Position numbers and translations under genes: made by a program. From a phage, in sequence record PZ534511.1: a DNA stretch of 64,000 nt. One strand, 5' to 3'. The notes under the pieces were generated by a model that saw only the letters and a list, made by a program, of their open reading frames with translations, had not been told where the DNA came from and made no database searches. Shown one piece after another: positions 9,419 through 19,005 of the stretch; positions within the stretch are counted from its first letter, which is position 1, and each line of letters begins with the position of its first letter.

Positions 9419-9894
9419 ATATGGACTACAGCTACTGCGGGGAAGAAGTTCCTTTTAACTACAGTAATCTTACCACAAGCAATCCATACGAGACTCGCCA
9501 CGGCACACACATCATTGCCATCGACTTTGATGGAACGTTTAATGCGAGCCCTTTCATCTTCTCCCGCCTGATCAGGGATCTGAAGAAGGAGGGGTGGACA
9601 GTCTACCTTGTGACTTTCCGATTCATTACTCAAGACAATGTAGACATTGAGTATTGGCGCAAGGAGCTCGATGTTGGTGTGTTCTACACAGGCGGTGTGC
9701 AGAAGGCAGCCTACTTGGCGCAGTTTGATATCTACCCAGATATCTGGATTGATGATTCTCCGGCATGTATTCCGGCTAAGAATCAGTTAGAGTTTGCAAT
9801 GAAGGAGATTGAGTACAAGTCTGAGGCTAAGCGGAACGGATGGCCCTTTATTATTGAAGATTACCCAGATCCTGAACCGGAGAAAGAGCCATGA
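9415..9894 (+). CDS. HAD-like hydrolase candidate
   Basis: IAIDFDGTF resembles HAD motif I (DxDGT); function otherwise inferred. Confidence 0.4.
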   Translation: MNMDYSYCGEEVPFNYSNLTTSNPYETRHGTHIIAIDFDGTFNASPFIFSRLIRDLKKEGWTVYLVTFRFITQDNVDIEYWRKELDVGVFYTGGVQKAAYLAQFDIYPDIWIDDSPACIPAKNQLEFAMKEIEYKSEAKRNGWPFIIEDYPDPEPEKEP

Positions 9895-10061
9895 GGCGAA
9901 GATATCATTACCTGATGTGGAAGTTATATCATGGTGCTGCTAAAGCTTACCGCACCGTGTTTGGTAATGACAATCACTGCATTATGTTACACCTTACCGC
10001 CATTGAACATCACAATGAGTGGATTCGTGCAATCGTAATAGGTGACAAAGATTTTAAGTAA
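9891..10061 (+). CDS. Hypothetical small protein (56 aa)
   Basis: Own translation; ATG overlaps upstream TGA (ATGA coupling); below track length cutoff. Confidence 0.35.
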   Translation: MRRRYHYLMWKLYHGAAKAYRTVFGNDNHCIMLHLTAIEHHNEWIRAIVIGDKDFK

Positions 10062-10091
10062 AGTATTGCTTTCTAGATGGAGACTGATTAA

Positions 10092-10472
10092 ATGTGCAAG
10101 TGTAAATCCTATAATTGGAAAGTGAAAGGTGCCAAGCATCAAAATGTTATCGTTGATGTGCCTAAAAAGCTCCGTGACGGCAAAAAACGTGTGTGCCTTG
10201 ATAAGTGCATGGCTAAGCCTATCATGAGTCTATGGGCGGCAGGATTGAAAACTCTAAACTGCTGCTGTGGTCATAACAAAGATGTTCCAAGTATCATTAT
10301 CCCAGAGGATGCAGACCCTAAAGCTTATGCCAAAATACTGACCCGCTACCCCAGCACCTTCCTGATCGGAAAATGGTGTCACGATGAACTTCAATGGTGG
10401 GTAGCATACGGTAGTATAGGTACTGCTTTTGGCTTCCCAGCTTTGTCAGAGCGCTACGTCAAAGCGTCATAA
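10092..10472 (+). CDS. Cys-rich hypothetical protein
   Basis: Track ORF; CKCKS, CLDKC, NCCCGHN clusters; GGAG RBS. Confidence 0.5.
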   Translation: MCKCKSYNWKVKGAKHQNVIVDVPKKLRDGKKRVCLDKCMAKPIMSLWAAGLKTLNCCCGHNKDVPSIIIPEDADPKAYAKILTRYPSTFLIGKWCHDELQWWVAYGSIGTAFGFPALSERYVKAS

Positions 10473-10577
10473 CCTATTTTAAGGCCTCAAACGAGGCCTG
10501 TGCCTTCATAAATTGCCCTACCCTGTGTGATTACCCTCCTGAACAAAATACCCCCCCAGAATCGCTTAAAATTAAAC

Positions 10578-10606
10578 TTGACACCAACACCAGATCTATG
10601 TATGAT
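10578..10606 (+). promoter_or_regulatory. Sigma70-like promoter (TTGACA-17-TATGAT)
   Basis: Consensus -35 and near-consensus -10 with 17-nt spacer upstream of gene 10637..11044. Confidence 0.5.
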
Positions 10607-10636
10607 TATCTCACCAACCGAACAGAGGAGATCGTC

Positions 10637-11044
10637 ATGGATAATCTTGCGGATGTAAATGTCGAAATTGTTAAACTAAAGTTCTTAGGCTTTCGAGACC
10701 CTTATTCTTTAACAGCTATACTAATGGACACTCACTTCACACCAGGTAAAGAGTACACTGCCTTCCGTTATATTTGCGGAGATCACGAATCAGCTTATAG
10801 TGTGAATACAAACCTCGGTGAGGGATATTTCATCAGAGATATCGCAGATCACTTGTGGGGTATGTGGGAGTTGGTGGAGGAAGAGAATAAATCCCTTCCT
10901 AAAGAGATTTGGGTGCACACCTTCCACACAGGTAAGTTTGGAGGTACGGAACATAAATCTATCCACTATGATGAAGAAAGTGCCATTAAACAACAAGCTG
11001 TGCTTGGTGGATCTGTAGAAAAATTTGTTAAATGCGAGGACTGA
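10637..11044 (+). CDS. Hypothetical protein
   Basis: Track ORF 10598..11044; track ATG lies inside -10 hexamer of promoter; start placed at ATG 10637 after GAGGAG. Confidence 0.5.
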   Translation: MDNLADVNVEIVKLKFLGFRDPYSLTAILMDTHFTPGKEYTAFRYICGDHESAYSVNTNLGEGYFIRDIADHLWGMWELVEEENKSLPKEIWVHTFHTGKFGGTEHKSIHYDEESAIKQQAVLGGSVEKFVKCED

Positions 11045-11047
11045 GAA

Positions 11048-11248
11048 ATGGCTGATTTTTGCAAAGATTGTTCTGAAGAGTTGTTTGGTCGTGACTGCGG
11101 AGATCTGAAAGGACTGATCACAGAGGACCAGTGGAAGGAAGGTTATGCGGCCCCTGTTATCTGTGAAGGCTGTGGTTACACCTATGTCGATCATGAAGGT
11201 AAGCGTGTCCAGCCGTCTGAAGATGGGTCGTGTTGGGAATATTACTAA
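11048..11248 (+). CDS. Small zinc-ribbon-like protein
   Basis: Two CxxC pairs (CKDC, CEGC); 66 aa. Confidence 0.45.
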   Translation: MADFCKDCSEELFGRDCGDLKGLITEDQWKEGYAAPVICEGCGYTYVDHEGKRVQPSEDGSCWEYY

Positions 11249-11252
11249 TTAT

Positions 11253-11286
11253 AAAAAGAAAGGGGCCGTCTGGCCCCTTTTTATTT
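11253..11286. terminator. Bidirectional rho-independent terminator at convergent junction
   Basis: Hairpin GGGGCC-gtct-GGCCCC flanked by A-run upstream and T-run downstream. Confidence 0.6.
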
Positions 11287-11294
11287 GCCTCCTG

Positions 11295-14200
11295 TTAACT
11301 AGGGAAGTTTGTATAAGCTTCGAGATGGTATTGCTGGTTACCAGGTAGCATAACACCTATGCTTGCAACACCTAATGTTCTACCACCAGGGTTCCACTGA
11401 AACTTAAATCCAATCCAACCCGAGCTTCTGGCTGCATCAATGTTGTCACTGTACCCAAAAGTGGCTAGACCATCAACACCTGCTCCGAAAAGCAGTTGTA
11501 TCTGGTTCCTTGGTAGGCCAATAATTTCAGGTATGTAAGCACCAAAAAATGTAGGGTTGGTGGTTGTGGTCGGATTGTTCATGACCGGACCGGTAAAGAC
11601 CCTCATATTGGACGTTCCTGCAGGTCTAGGGTAAGCCCCGTCAAGAGGATTTCCTTCCCAAATAAACCACTGAGGTGCCATCTGTCTGACAGTAAACGAT
11701 GTTGAAGACGTTTTGCGGCCTGCATCATCTCTAACTACAAACTTTATGGTGACATTCCCAGTAGCTTTAAATGTTACCAGCCCTGTGGTGGCATCCACTG
11801 TTGCAATGTTGGTATTACTACTTTCCCAAGTCTTTCTAATCCCGGATACGTTGGAAGGGGTGATAGAAGGTTCCTGCATCTGCAGTTTACCGCCCACAAT
11901 CCCTATGCCGTTGCCCGGATTATACAGCACACCGACCTCGTCTATAATGTTCCCTGCTTTGAGACTATACTTCCTTGAGAAGTTGTAAGTTCCGTTATAA
12001 GTGTGTGTCCCTGAGAATGTGACATCTGCCTTCCCGTAAGAGATGCAAACCAACGCATACTTCCTGTCAGGCAACGTTTCTCCAGTCTCTGGGTGAGTTT
12101 TACCTACCTGGAACACACTCGGGTCAGTAGAGTCGTGACTATCACTAACGGAGCTTGGACCGCCCATCAACTGTGACAAACAATTCCTTACCCATGTCCA
12201 GTTATTATCGCTGGAGAAGTCCACAGTCAAATCAAACACAACCCACTCATTTGGCTTCCACACAGGTGTTGCAATGGACTTGCCTACACCGCCTCCTTGG
12301 AGTGTTGCCGACTGTTCGGTGATCAGTGCCGCATAGGCCAGAGTTCCTAAACTCAGAGTCTGGCTTGCTGTCCTCACTACCTTAGAATCAGCATCTGTGA
12401 AGTTGTTGATGATTTGGAATGTGCCATAAGTGTTTTTACAGGTAATTCTGGCGTTCAGCGTGTCAATCTTCCTCACATCTGCCATAGCAGTGTTAGACAC
12501 AGAGAAGTCAGAAGCTTTAGCTGAGTTTGCCGCAACAGCAGGATCAACGTTAAGAGTTGCGTTGAACTGACAGGCAGGGGTAACCAGCAGCTTGTTATCA
12601 CCTATTTGCTTCCATGAAATACTTTGGACAGGTAGATTCCATTTAATACCTGAGAAAACTTTAGCAACCCTTGGCCCCAAAGCTCCAGTCCTGTTGTCTT
12701 TACAGCACATAGACATGGTGATCGTTGACGGAGTTGCCTGACCGAACAATTCCTGTGCTTTTGCAGAGGACATGGTGTAGAAATTGTCCTTAACAAACTC
12801 ATCAGCGGCTAAAGATCCATCAGCCCTCCACCACTGGACCTGATACCCTGTTTTATCCCAGCCTCCAACCTGCTTCAAGTCCTCCCAAGAGATTTCCAGA
12901 TCCCCCGTGGTAGGGTTGATTGCAGCAGTTCCTGGTGTACCGGATGACCACAATGGGATATCAAACCACGCAGGTTTAACAGATTGCACTGCATTAGGAC
13001 CTATTGCAGCAGCAAGTTGTTGACCCATCAGCACGCGAGCATCTTTCACCAGGCCCCATTCTATCATAGACCCAGAGTAACCTTCTTTCTTGTAGGCAGA
13101 GGATCCGTTCAAATGGATGAGCCTGCTGCAGTCGAAGCCATACGCTCCACCACCGTTAGGATCTGCAAAGTTGGTTATGATTCTATCCCTAATATTTTTC
13201 CATGCCCTACCTCCAATCTCGTAGTCATGGTCATAACATCTTTGCAACGTTGTCCAGCAAATGATTGCCATTCTTCTGCCGCCTGTGAACCCGAAAGCGC
13301 CGTCATTCAGCTCTTTCCACAGGTAACAGTTGGTTGTCCACATAGCCCTGTGGATATTGAACCAGTTTATAGATTTGGCTGAGTTGTTCCACTGAGTCCC
13401 AGGTAATTCAGGCCACACTGCATTGACTAGCATGTCCTCTGTACCGGCATCTATTAAGAAGCCTCTTACCTTCTTGCCCATACCTACCCTGTCTTTAGCA
13501 ATCCAATTGCCAAACAGTCTCAGTTTTGGACCATAAACAACATCCTCTGGGTGCTCAAAAGAGACATACTTTAAGTAGATTGTTGGGTCACCGTAGGTGC
13601 CATCACAAACACTTTTGTGCATGTTTTCGCCAAGGTCTAGACGAAGCCCCGTCACTACTTTAGACGTGTCGGTGAATTTGTCTGTTAAGTCAAATTCATA
13701 CCACCACCACCCACCACCTAGCATAAATTTCTTGCATCGCACAGCGTCTGTGTCAGATATTCTCTTATCCCCTGCAAAAGGTGAATCAGCAAACTGATAG
13801 TGCAGAGCAGTCTCAAATAGGTGGGTGGAAGTTCCGTTCTCTGCAAGAACTTGCTTACCTATCAGATCGCACTTAATGATCATCACAACACGCTTGTATC
13901 CGTTTGTTACCGGAACTTGCATAGATATGGATGTTCCATCCATGTTCGATCTTAGATCACTCATGATGATATAGGGGTCGACAGCGTTGCCTAAAGTTTC
14001 AGGCCCTGGAATTATCTTGTATTTCTTGACCTGGCCCATAAATCTGTCACTGGCGTAAGTTGCAGCCTCAAAACAAGAGCCACCACCAGGTAATTCTCCA
14101 GGTCCCCAGAAAAATGCCCCATAGCAGTTATAGAACCACTTATTAGGGTCGTATTTGTTCTTGAAGGTCTGGACCTCGTTGGCCTGTTTTGTCAAGAAAA

Positions 14201-16922
14201 CCTGCGTGTCTGTGAAGATTGCAGGGTTTACTCTCGCCTGTCTTGGAGGGTAACCTGTAGTTTGGTTAAACCACAAATTACAAGAGTAATCCCTCATATA
14301 GTCATAATCAGAGTATTTGTTTACATCTTCGTTCCAACACATGTTTAGGTTGGTACCGCCCATGCATACAATATATTCTGCGACATACTTATCACTTCTG
14401 GTAGGAATACCTATGAACCATCTGTTAACAGGCTCATCCCAAGCTGTGCGCTCATCTTTAACGCAGATAGCAATCCAGTCATGTGTTCCTGTTTTCTTGC
14501 ACACATCTCGCTTCATACCATAGTAGAACTCTTTAGTATTCGGCTCAGGTGCATTTATCAGGTAACTCCATGCCTGATTTGCATAAGTTCCATTGGTGCG
14601 TGGATCATGATCAAAGGCATACATGATGATCCTTTCCCCACCAAGATGTTCGCCAAGAGTAACTTTGACATTCACATCGCCGTAACCATTGCGAACAACA
14701 TCCATATTATCAATAGAGATACCTCTGGGCGTGTAGGCAATTTTCAGCGAGTTATCTTCACTAGTGCCGCCAAGTGTAATCCCTATGTTGTTTGTTGTCC
14801 CGTCGACATATCTTACTGTAGCTTCCCAGCGTATTCCGAAATACCCTGCATCATGGCTGACAATTTTCAGTGTACGAGCTCCTGGGTGAGGTTTTCCAGG
14901 ATCAGGCCAAGGGTCTGGGTGTTCGTGAACAGTCAACGACGTTCCGTTCTGCTCATTAACCTGCAACATTTTACCACCCTTGCCATTAGGATTGAACTCC
15001 CACAAGGCTTGTGTTTTCACAATATTGTCATACGTGGCGCGTCTTTGATCGTAGATCTCTTGGGTCACATCATAAGTGACTGATCCAGCATCCATTCTGT
15101 GGAGTCTGACCATATACGATGTATCCCCTTCTACTGCAGGCTGGGTCCCATTCAGCCCAAAGTATACAGTATCATTAACATGGAACTGTTTGTTTCTACC
15201 GACAGTATGCCATTTACCATCAGACGGGTACGCAGGAACTATGGTGTTCCAGTTCAAAGTCCTTGTCGTATGGGTTCTGCCTGTGCCATGCTTGTCATGA
15301 TAGGTTATTTTTACAGAGTACAGGCCACGTCTGTTAACATTTCTGTTATACTGGGTGACAACAACTTCATTGGCCCCTCCGTGGTTCCAGTTGGTGGAGA
15401 ATTGGTAATTTGCATCTGTAACAACCGTGCCTGCAGCATTTACCAGTTCAATCTTGTCAATAATGAACGTAGCCCCCTCTGGCTGAGGCTTCAATTTCAT
15501 CTTGACCGTGTCACCAATGTAAATATTGCTAACGCTGCTAACACCGTTAACGTCGAAAATATCCTCAACACCCCAACTGTCTACCGGGACATTTTTATAC
15601 CAATTCTCCGGAATCTCTGTGAACCCTTGGCTGTTAAGTCTGCCGCCAAAGAGGTTATTAGATCCTGTAAAACTTCCCCTTGGGATACCTGACCACCAAA
15701 GTTTACCATTAACAACAGTAAAGGTACCTAAGAAACCTTCTCTGTGGATGCCTTGGAAATAAACACTCTCTGTCCAGCTGACTGGCAGGCGTTGCTCAAC
15801 ATATTTAGCTGTAGCAAGAGCTTGATAGTGGATAAAATCGGCCCTAGGACTATTGTTTGCAGATTGTGCACCAATATCATTACATAAGTTGCGAGAGAAC
15901 CCACGATACTGCTTAGTGCCATTATTGAAGAAAATGCCACTTGTGCCGTACCCACGAGCCATCATTACCTCATGGGTGTAGGTGATATTCAGTTCCCGCC
16001 ATGTATCATCTCCCCAAATGTTTTGACCATAAAATACGTTAACAAGCTGCTGGTCATCGGGTCTATGCATCCTCTGTGTAGCAATTACTGCCCCGTTAGG
16101 ACCACACATAAACCCTTTCCACTCCTCATCTGCAGGAATGCCCCTCAAATCGTTACGAGTAATCTGCACAGGAGGCCAAACAAGGTCGTTTCTACTGTTA
16201 TTTCTCAGAAAGTCGTAACCTGCAATCCAGAATCCGTTAGGACCACCAAAAATAACCGAGTTGTCATGAACTTCACAATTAATTCTTGGATTTTTCCAAG
16301 GACCTGTCTCTGGACTTTCAGATGTTTCACCGATCTTAACTGGAGTAGCGTGTTGACTTTTGTCAACATGAAGAGAGCCGTAAGTATTATTGCCAGAGCC
16401 GTACAGGTGAAGCATACCATCAGCCTCTGGTGCAGCAATTACCCACACGGTATTGTTTACGCCACCCATTACTTCAACAAGTCTCTCAGGATGGGTGTCC
16501 AAATGCAACCCTGTTACGATCTGTTCCGGCAAAGGTGTCCACTCTCTGACACAAACATCGTTTCCACCTGCTGCCTCCGATCCGATAAGACCAGCTGTGC
16601 AACCAATATAGAAAAATTTATTATCGAATGTGCGGATTACAAATGCACGGTCAGCTCTCCAAACATGGTCTACGTTCCAAGCTGCCTCATTAGGATAGTT
16701 TATTGTATCAAGATCTCCAGTCCGACACTCTCCGAACCTATTATAGCCAGTAATATTAAGCTGACCATCATCAAAAAGTATAGCTAAGCTATTTACATAG
16801 GATACTGTGTTGCTTGTACCATCACTGTTGTCTATTGGGTATGACAGAACAGCAAGTTCCTTAATTCCACCCCTCTTATCGAGGAAATGACGACCAAGTT
16901 TTAGCAAAGGGATTGGAAGCAT
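11295..16922 (-). CDS. Giant virion-associated fibre/adhesin-like protein (1875 aa) with N-terminal RCC1-like repeats
   Basis: Single uninterrupted ORF; N-terminal repeats GYNRFGECRTG / YGSGNNTYGSLHVD; last gene of structural block. Confidence 0.6.
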   Translation of the reverse strand: MLPIPLLKLGRHFLDKRGGIKELAVLSYPIDNSDGTSNTVSYVNSLAILFDDGQLNITGYNRFGECRTGDLDTINYPNEAAWNVDHVWRADRAFVIRTFDNKFFYIGCTAGLIGSEAAGGNDVCVREWTPLPEQIVTGLHLDTHPERLVEVMGGVNNTVWVIAAPEADGMLHLYGSGNNTYGSLHVDKSQHATPVKIGETSESPETGPWKNPRINCEVHDNSVIFGGPNGFWIAGYDFLRNNSRNDLVWPPVQITRNDLRGIPADEEWKGFMCGPNGAVIATQRMHRPDDQQLVNVFYGQNIWGDDTWRELNITYTHEVMMARGYGTSGIFFNNGTKQYRGFSRNLCNDIGAQSANNSPRADFIHYQALATAKYVEQRLPVSWTESVYFQGIHREGFLGTFTVVNGKLWWSGIPRGSFTGSNNLFGGRLNSQGFTEIPENWYKNVPVDSWGVEDIFDVNGVSSVSNIYIGDTVKMKLKPQPEGATFIIDKIELVNAAGTVVTDANYQFSTNWNHGGANEVVVTQYNRNVNRRGLYSVKITYHDKHGTGRTHTTRTLNWNTIVPAYPSDGKWHTVGRNKQFHVNDTVYFGLNGTQPAVEGDTSYMVRLHRMDAGSVTYDVTQEIYDQRRATYDNIVKTQALWEFNPNGKGGKMLQVNEQNGTSLTVHEHPDPWPDPGKPHPGARTLKIVSHDAGYFGIRWEATVRYVDGTTNNIGITLGGTSEDNSLKIAYTPRGISIDNMDVVRNGYGDVNVKVTLGEHLGGERIIMYAFDHDPRTNGTYANQAWSYLINAPEPNTKEFYYGMKRDVCKKTGTHDWIAICVKDERTAWDEPVNRWFIGIPTRSDKYVAEYIVCMGGTNLNMCWNEDVNKYSDYDYMRDYSCNLWFNQTTGYPPRQARVNPAIFTDTQVFLTKQANEVQTFKNKYDPNKWFYNCYGAFFWGPGELPGGGSCFEAATYASDRFMGQVKKYKIIPGPETLGNAVDPYIIMSDLRSNMDGTSISMQVPVTNGYKRVVMIIKCDLIGKQVLAENGTSTHLFETALHYQFADSPFAGDKRISDTDAVRCKKFMLGGGWWWYEFDLTDKFTDTSKVVTGLRLDLGENMHKSVCDGTYGDPTIYLKYVSFEHPEDVVYGPKLRLFGNWIAKDRVGMGKKVRGFLIDAGTEDMLVNAVWPELPGTQWNNSAKSINWFNIHRAMWTTNCYLWKELNDGAFGFTGGRRMAIICWTTLQRCYDHDYEIGGRAWKNIRDRIITNFADPNGGGAYGFDCSRLIHLNGSSAYKKEGYSGSMIEWGLVKDARVLMGQQLAAAIGPNAVQSVKPAWFDIPLWSSGTPGTAAINPTTGDLEISWEDLKQVGGWDKTGYQVQWWRADGSLAADEFVKDNFYTMSSAKAQELFGQATPSTITMSMCCKDNRTGALGPRVAKVFSGIKWNLPVQSISWKQIGDNKLLVTPACQFNATLNVDPAVAANSAKASDFSVSNTAMADVRKIDTLNARITCKNTYGTFQIINNFTDADSKVVRTASQTLSLGTLAYAALITEQSATLQGGGVGKSIATPVWKPNEWVVFDLTVDFSSDNNWTWVRNCLSQLMGGPSSVSDSHDSTDPSVFQVGKTHPETGETLPDRKYALVCISYGKADVTFSGTHTYNGTYNFSRKYSLKAGNIIDEVGVLYNPGNGIGIVGGKLQMQEPSITPSNVSGIRKTWESSNTNIATVDATTGLVTFKATGNVTIKFVVRDDAGRKTSSTSFTVRQMAPQWFIWEGNPLDGAYPRPAGTSNMRVFTGPVMNNPTTTTNPTFFGAYIPEIIGLPRNQIQLLFGAGVDGLATFGYSDNIDAARSSGWIGFKFQWNPGGRTLGVASIGVMLPGNQQYHLEAYTNFPS

Positions 16923-16930
16923 TGTGTTCT

Positions 16931-16962
16931 CCAGATAAGAAAACCGCCCCGTCAGGAGCGGT
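16931..16962 (-). terminator. Terminator-like hairpin
   Basis: ACCGC..GCGGT stem followed on minus strand by TTTTCTTATCT. Confidence 0.35.
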
Positions 16963-16972
16963 TAGATATATA

Positions 16973-18718
16973 TTAACGTTGTGCAATTACTACGTCTACG
17001 ATATCACCAACACCACAATATGTTAATTGCAGCAAGGTAACACTATTAGCCTTGTTATTAATAACAGGCGTTGCCGACAGGATAGCATACTTATCGTGCA
17101 AAGTCACGTTGTGACCTACAGCATCCTGAATGACATAGATAACCGCAGTGAATGGATAAGGTTTATCTTCCGCTGATGTACCAGGCCATTGTCCTATTGT
17201 AAAATCCCCTTTCGCGTGGACAACATACATACTGGCCTGCCCGTTAGGTGTCCATGTCCCACTGGACGCGTCAACCTCCTCTAAATCAAAATCTACCTTT
17301 CCTGCGTGGAAAGTAGGGGCAGTAATGGTTTTACCCGCCTCAATTTCTTGAGAGGTGGTTATCTTGCCACTGGAGTTAATGCCATTACAAACAAAGTTGA
17401 CATTAGAGAAGTCTGGCAGCCACCCAGTCACTGTGCCGGATATTTCAAGGTTGTGAAGGTAGGTGGTGCCCGTCCCTGCTGCGTTTAAACTAACATCTCC
17501 ATTTACCTGCAAGTTTCTGGTAACGTTGCAGTTTTCAGAGTTTGCAGTTGTTGCAGTTAAAGTAGTGGTTGTCAGCTCGGTAATTACACCTTTGTTGGCT
17601 GTAAGCCCTTCCCCTTCAAAAGTTGCACGCTCATTGACTCTTAGGGTATTCAGAGCTATGTTTTGGATAGAGGCTGTACCTCGAATAACTACAGATCCGC
17701 CAACTTCTAAATCACCATTTATTAATGCGTCCCCCGTGCTTTCAATATAGCTAGGGTAAATCATGGTGCCATCGACAGAGTAGGTTATCCCTGTAACAGT
17801 GCCTGTCACCTCAAGGTTCTTAACCCTGGTGGTTCCATCTACCTGCAATGTCGGTTCGGTTGCTGCCTTCATGGCATTACCACGAATGTACACGTAGTCA
17901 AAAAAGTTATTACCTAGACCATCAAAATGCACATCGTTATTATTAGCCACTGGTTTCCCAGAAGTTATAGTGTCAGCTATAACCCTGTGGGTGGACACTT
18001 CATGAGGTTGCAGCTCTGTGCTTCTCCAGTCTGCATGCTTAGGATCACTCCACGCAAAAGTAAGTGTAGAAGTATTTGCCGTGAGGATTAGGTTCCTGAA
18101 GCGTGCAGTAGAATCTGCTCCATTAACAGGCCCATGTAAGGTGAGTGTGCCACCAACTATAGTGTTAGCAAGTTCTGTAAGACCTTTTACCACCAAAGAT
18201 CCTACAGTAACTTTCATTCCCTCCATGGCTTCAAATATGCTATCCACATAGTCAACAACAAACTCTGTGTTTGCTATAGACTCGGATTTGTCGTCCATTG
18301 GAGGCGTAGGTACTCGCGGGTCACCTTCGAACCTCGGACTGTTAAGTTTTGCGTAGTATTTTGCCATTACTGCAGAATCGGTATATAATCTCCAGTTTGG
18401 AGATTGTGAAGGATCTGCTGGCATTCTAACCGGGTTAGATTTTGATGCTGCGGGAGCGTACCACCACTGAGGGCCTGTGTCCCCTTTAAACTCGTACAGC
18501 TGGTTAAAAACTGTTGTGGATGCACCATACGCCCAAGGGATCGGTGGCGTTTTAAAATAAAGGGTGTCAAGCATGGCTTTTCGTACCGTAGGGATGGTGG
18601 TCCCATCCTCTACGACAACTTCATCCACAGCGTTACCGTTGACAATCAGGTGCAAACGTTCAGAATCAACAATTACTTGATCTACCGCCTGCTCAAAGCT
18701 TGTCATGTCTTGCGCCAT
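16973..18718 (-). CDS. Tail fibre/tailspike-like protein (581 aa)
   Basis: Position in fibre cluster; Thr/Gly/Asn-rich repeat-like composition. Confidence 0.45.
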   Translation of the reverse strand: MAQDMTSFEQAVDQVIVDSERLHLIVNGNAVDEVVVEDGTTIPTVRKAMLDTLYFKTPPIPWAYGASTTVFNQLYEFKGDTGPQWWYAPAASKSNPVRMPADPSQSPNWRLYTDSAVMAKYYAKLNSPRFEGDPRVPTPPMDDKSESIANTEFVVDYVDSIFEAMEGMKVTVGSLVVKGLTELANTIVGGTLTLHGPVNGADSTARFRNLILTANTSTLTFAWSDPKHADWRSTELQPHEVSTHRVIADTITSGKPVANNNDVHFDGLGNNFFDYVYIRGNAMKAATEPTLQVDGTTRVKNLEVTGTVTGITYSVDGTMIYPSYIESTGDALINGDLEVGGSVVIRGTASIQNIALNTLRVNERATFEGEGLTANKGVITELTTTTLTATTANSENCNVTRNLQVNGDVSLNAAGTGTTYLHNLEISGTVTGWLPDFSNVNFVCNGINSSGKITTSQEIEAGKTITAPTFHAGKVDFDLEEVDASSGTWTPNGQASMYVVHAKGDFTIGQWPGTSAEDKPYPFTAVIYVIQDAVGHNVTLHDKYAILSATPVINNKANSVTLLQLTYCGVGDIVDVVIAQR

Positions 18719-18727
18719 GATTTCTCC

Positions 18728-18994
18728 TTAAGCTTTTTGCTCTTCGTTTTTAACGTGGTCAGGGTGCTGGCAACCCCACCGGAGCGAGATGAATTTGCTA
18801 ATAAGCTGGGGGCAAGCTACTGAAGGCGCGTATATCCACGCATACCATTCAGGAAGCGTATCATTATACCCCATATGAATAAACACCCCAGTCATCACCG
18901 CCATGCCTATGTTCGACCATAGCTTAGATTGGGACACTTTCGTAGGGTCATCAGATGCCGCAACCAGTCCCCATAAAAACTGAGTTAGTTTCAT
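18728..18994 (-). CDS. Small membrane protein (88 aa)
   Basis: Hydrophobic segment LWSNIGMAVMTGVFIHMGY; immediately downstream of fibre paralog B. Confidence 0.4.
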   Translation of the reverse strand: MKLTQFLWGLVAASDDPTKVSQSKLWSNIGMAVMTGVFIHMGYNDTLPEWYAWIYAPSVACPQLISKFISLRWGCQHPDHVKNEEQKA

Positions 18995-19005
18995 TTACCC
19001 TCTTT

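Noticed and set aside
11713-16787. Plus-strand track ORFs inside the 1875-aa gene (e.g. 11713..11988, 12984..13382, 14481..15083, 15099..15692, 15972..16787)
   Set aside because: All lie antisense within one long uninterrupted minus-strand ORF; treated as shadow ORFs.
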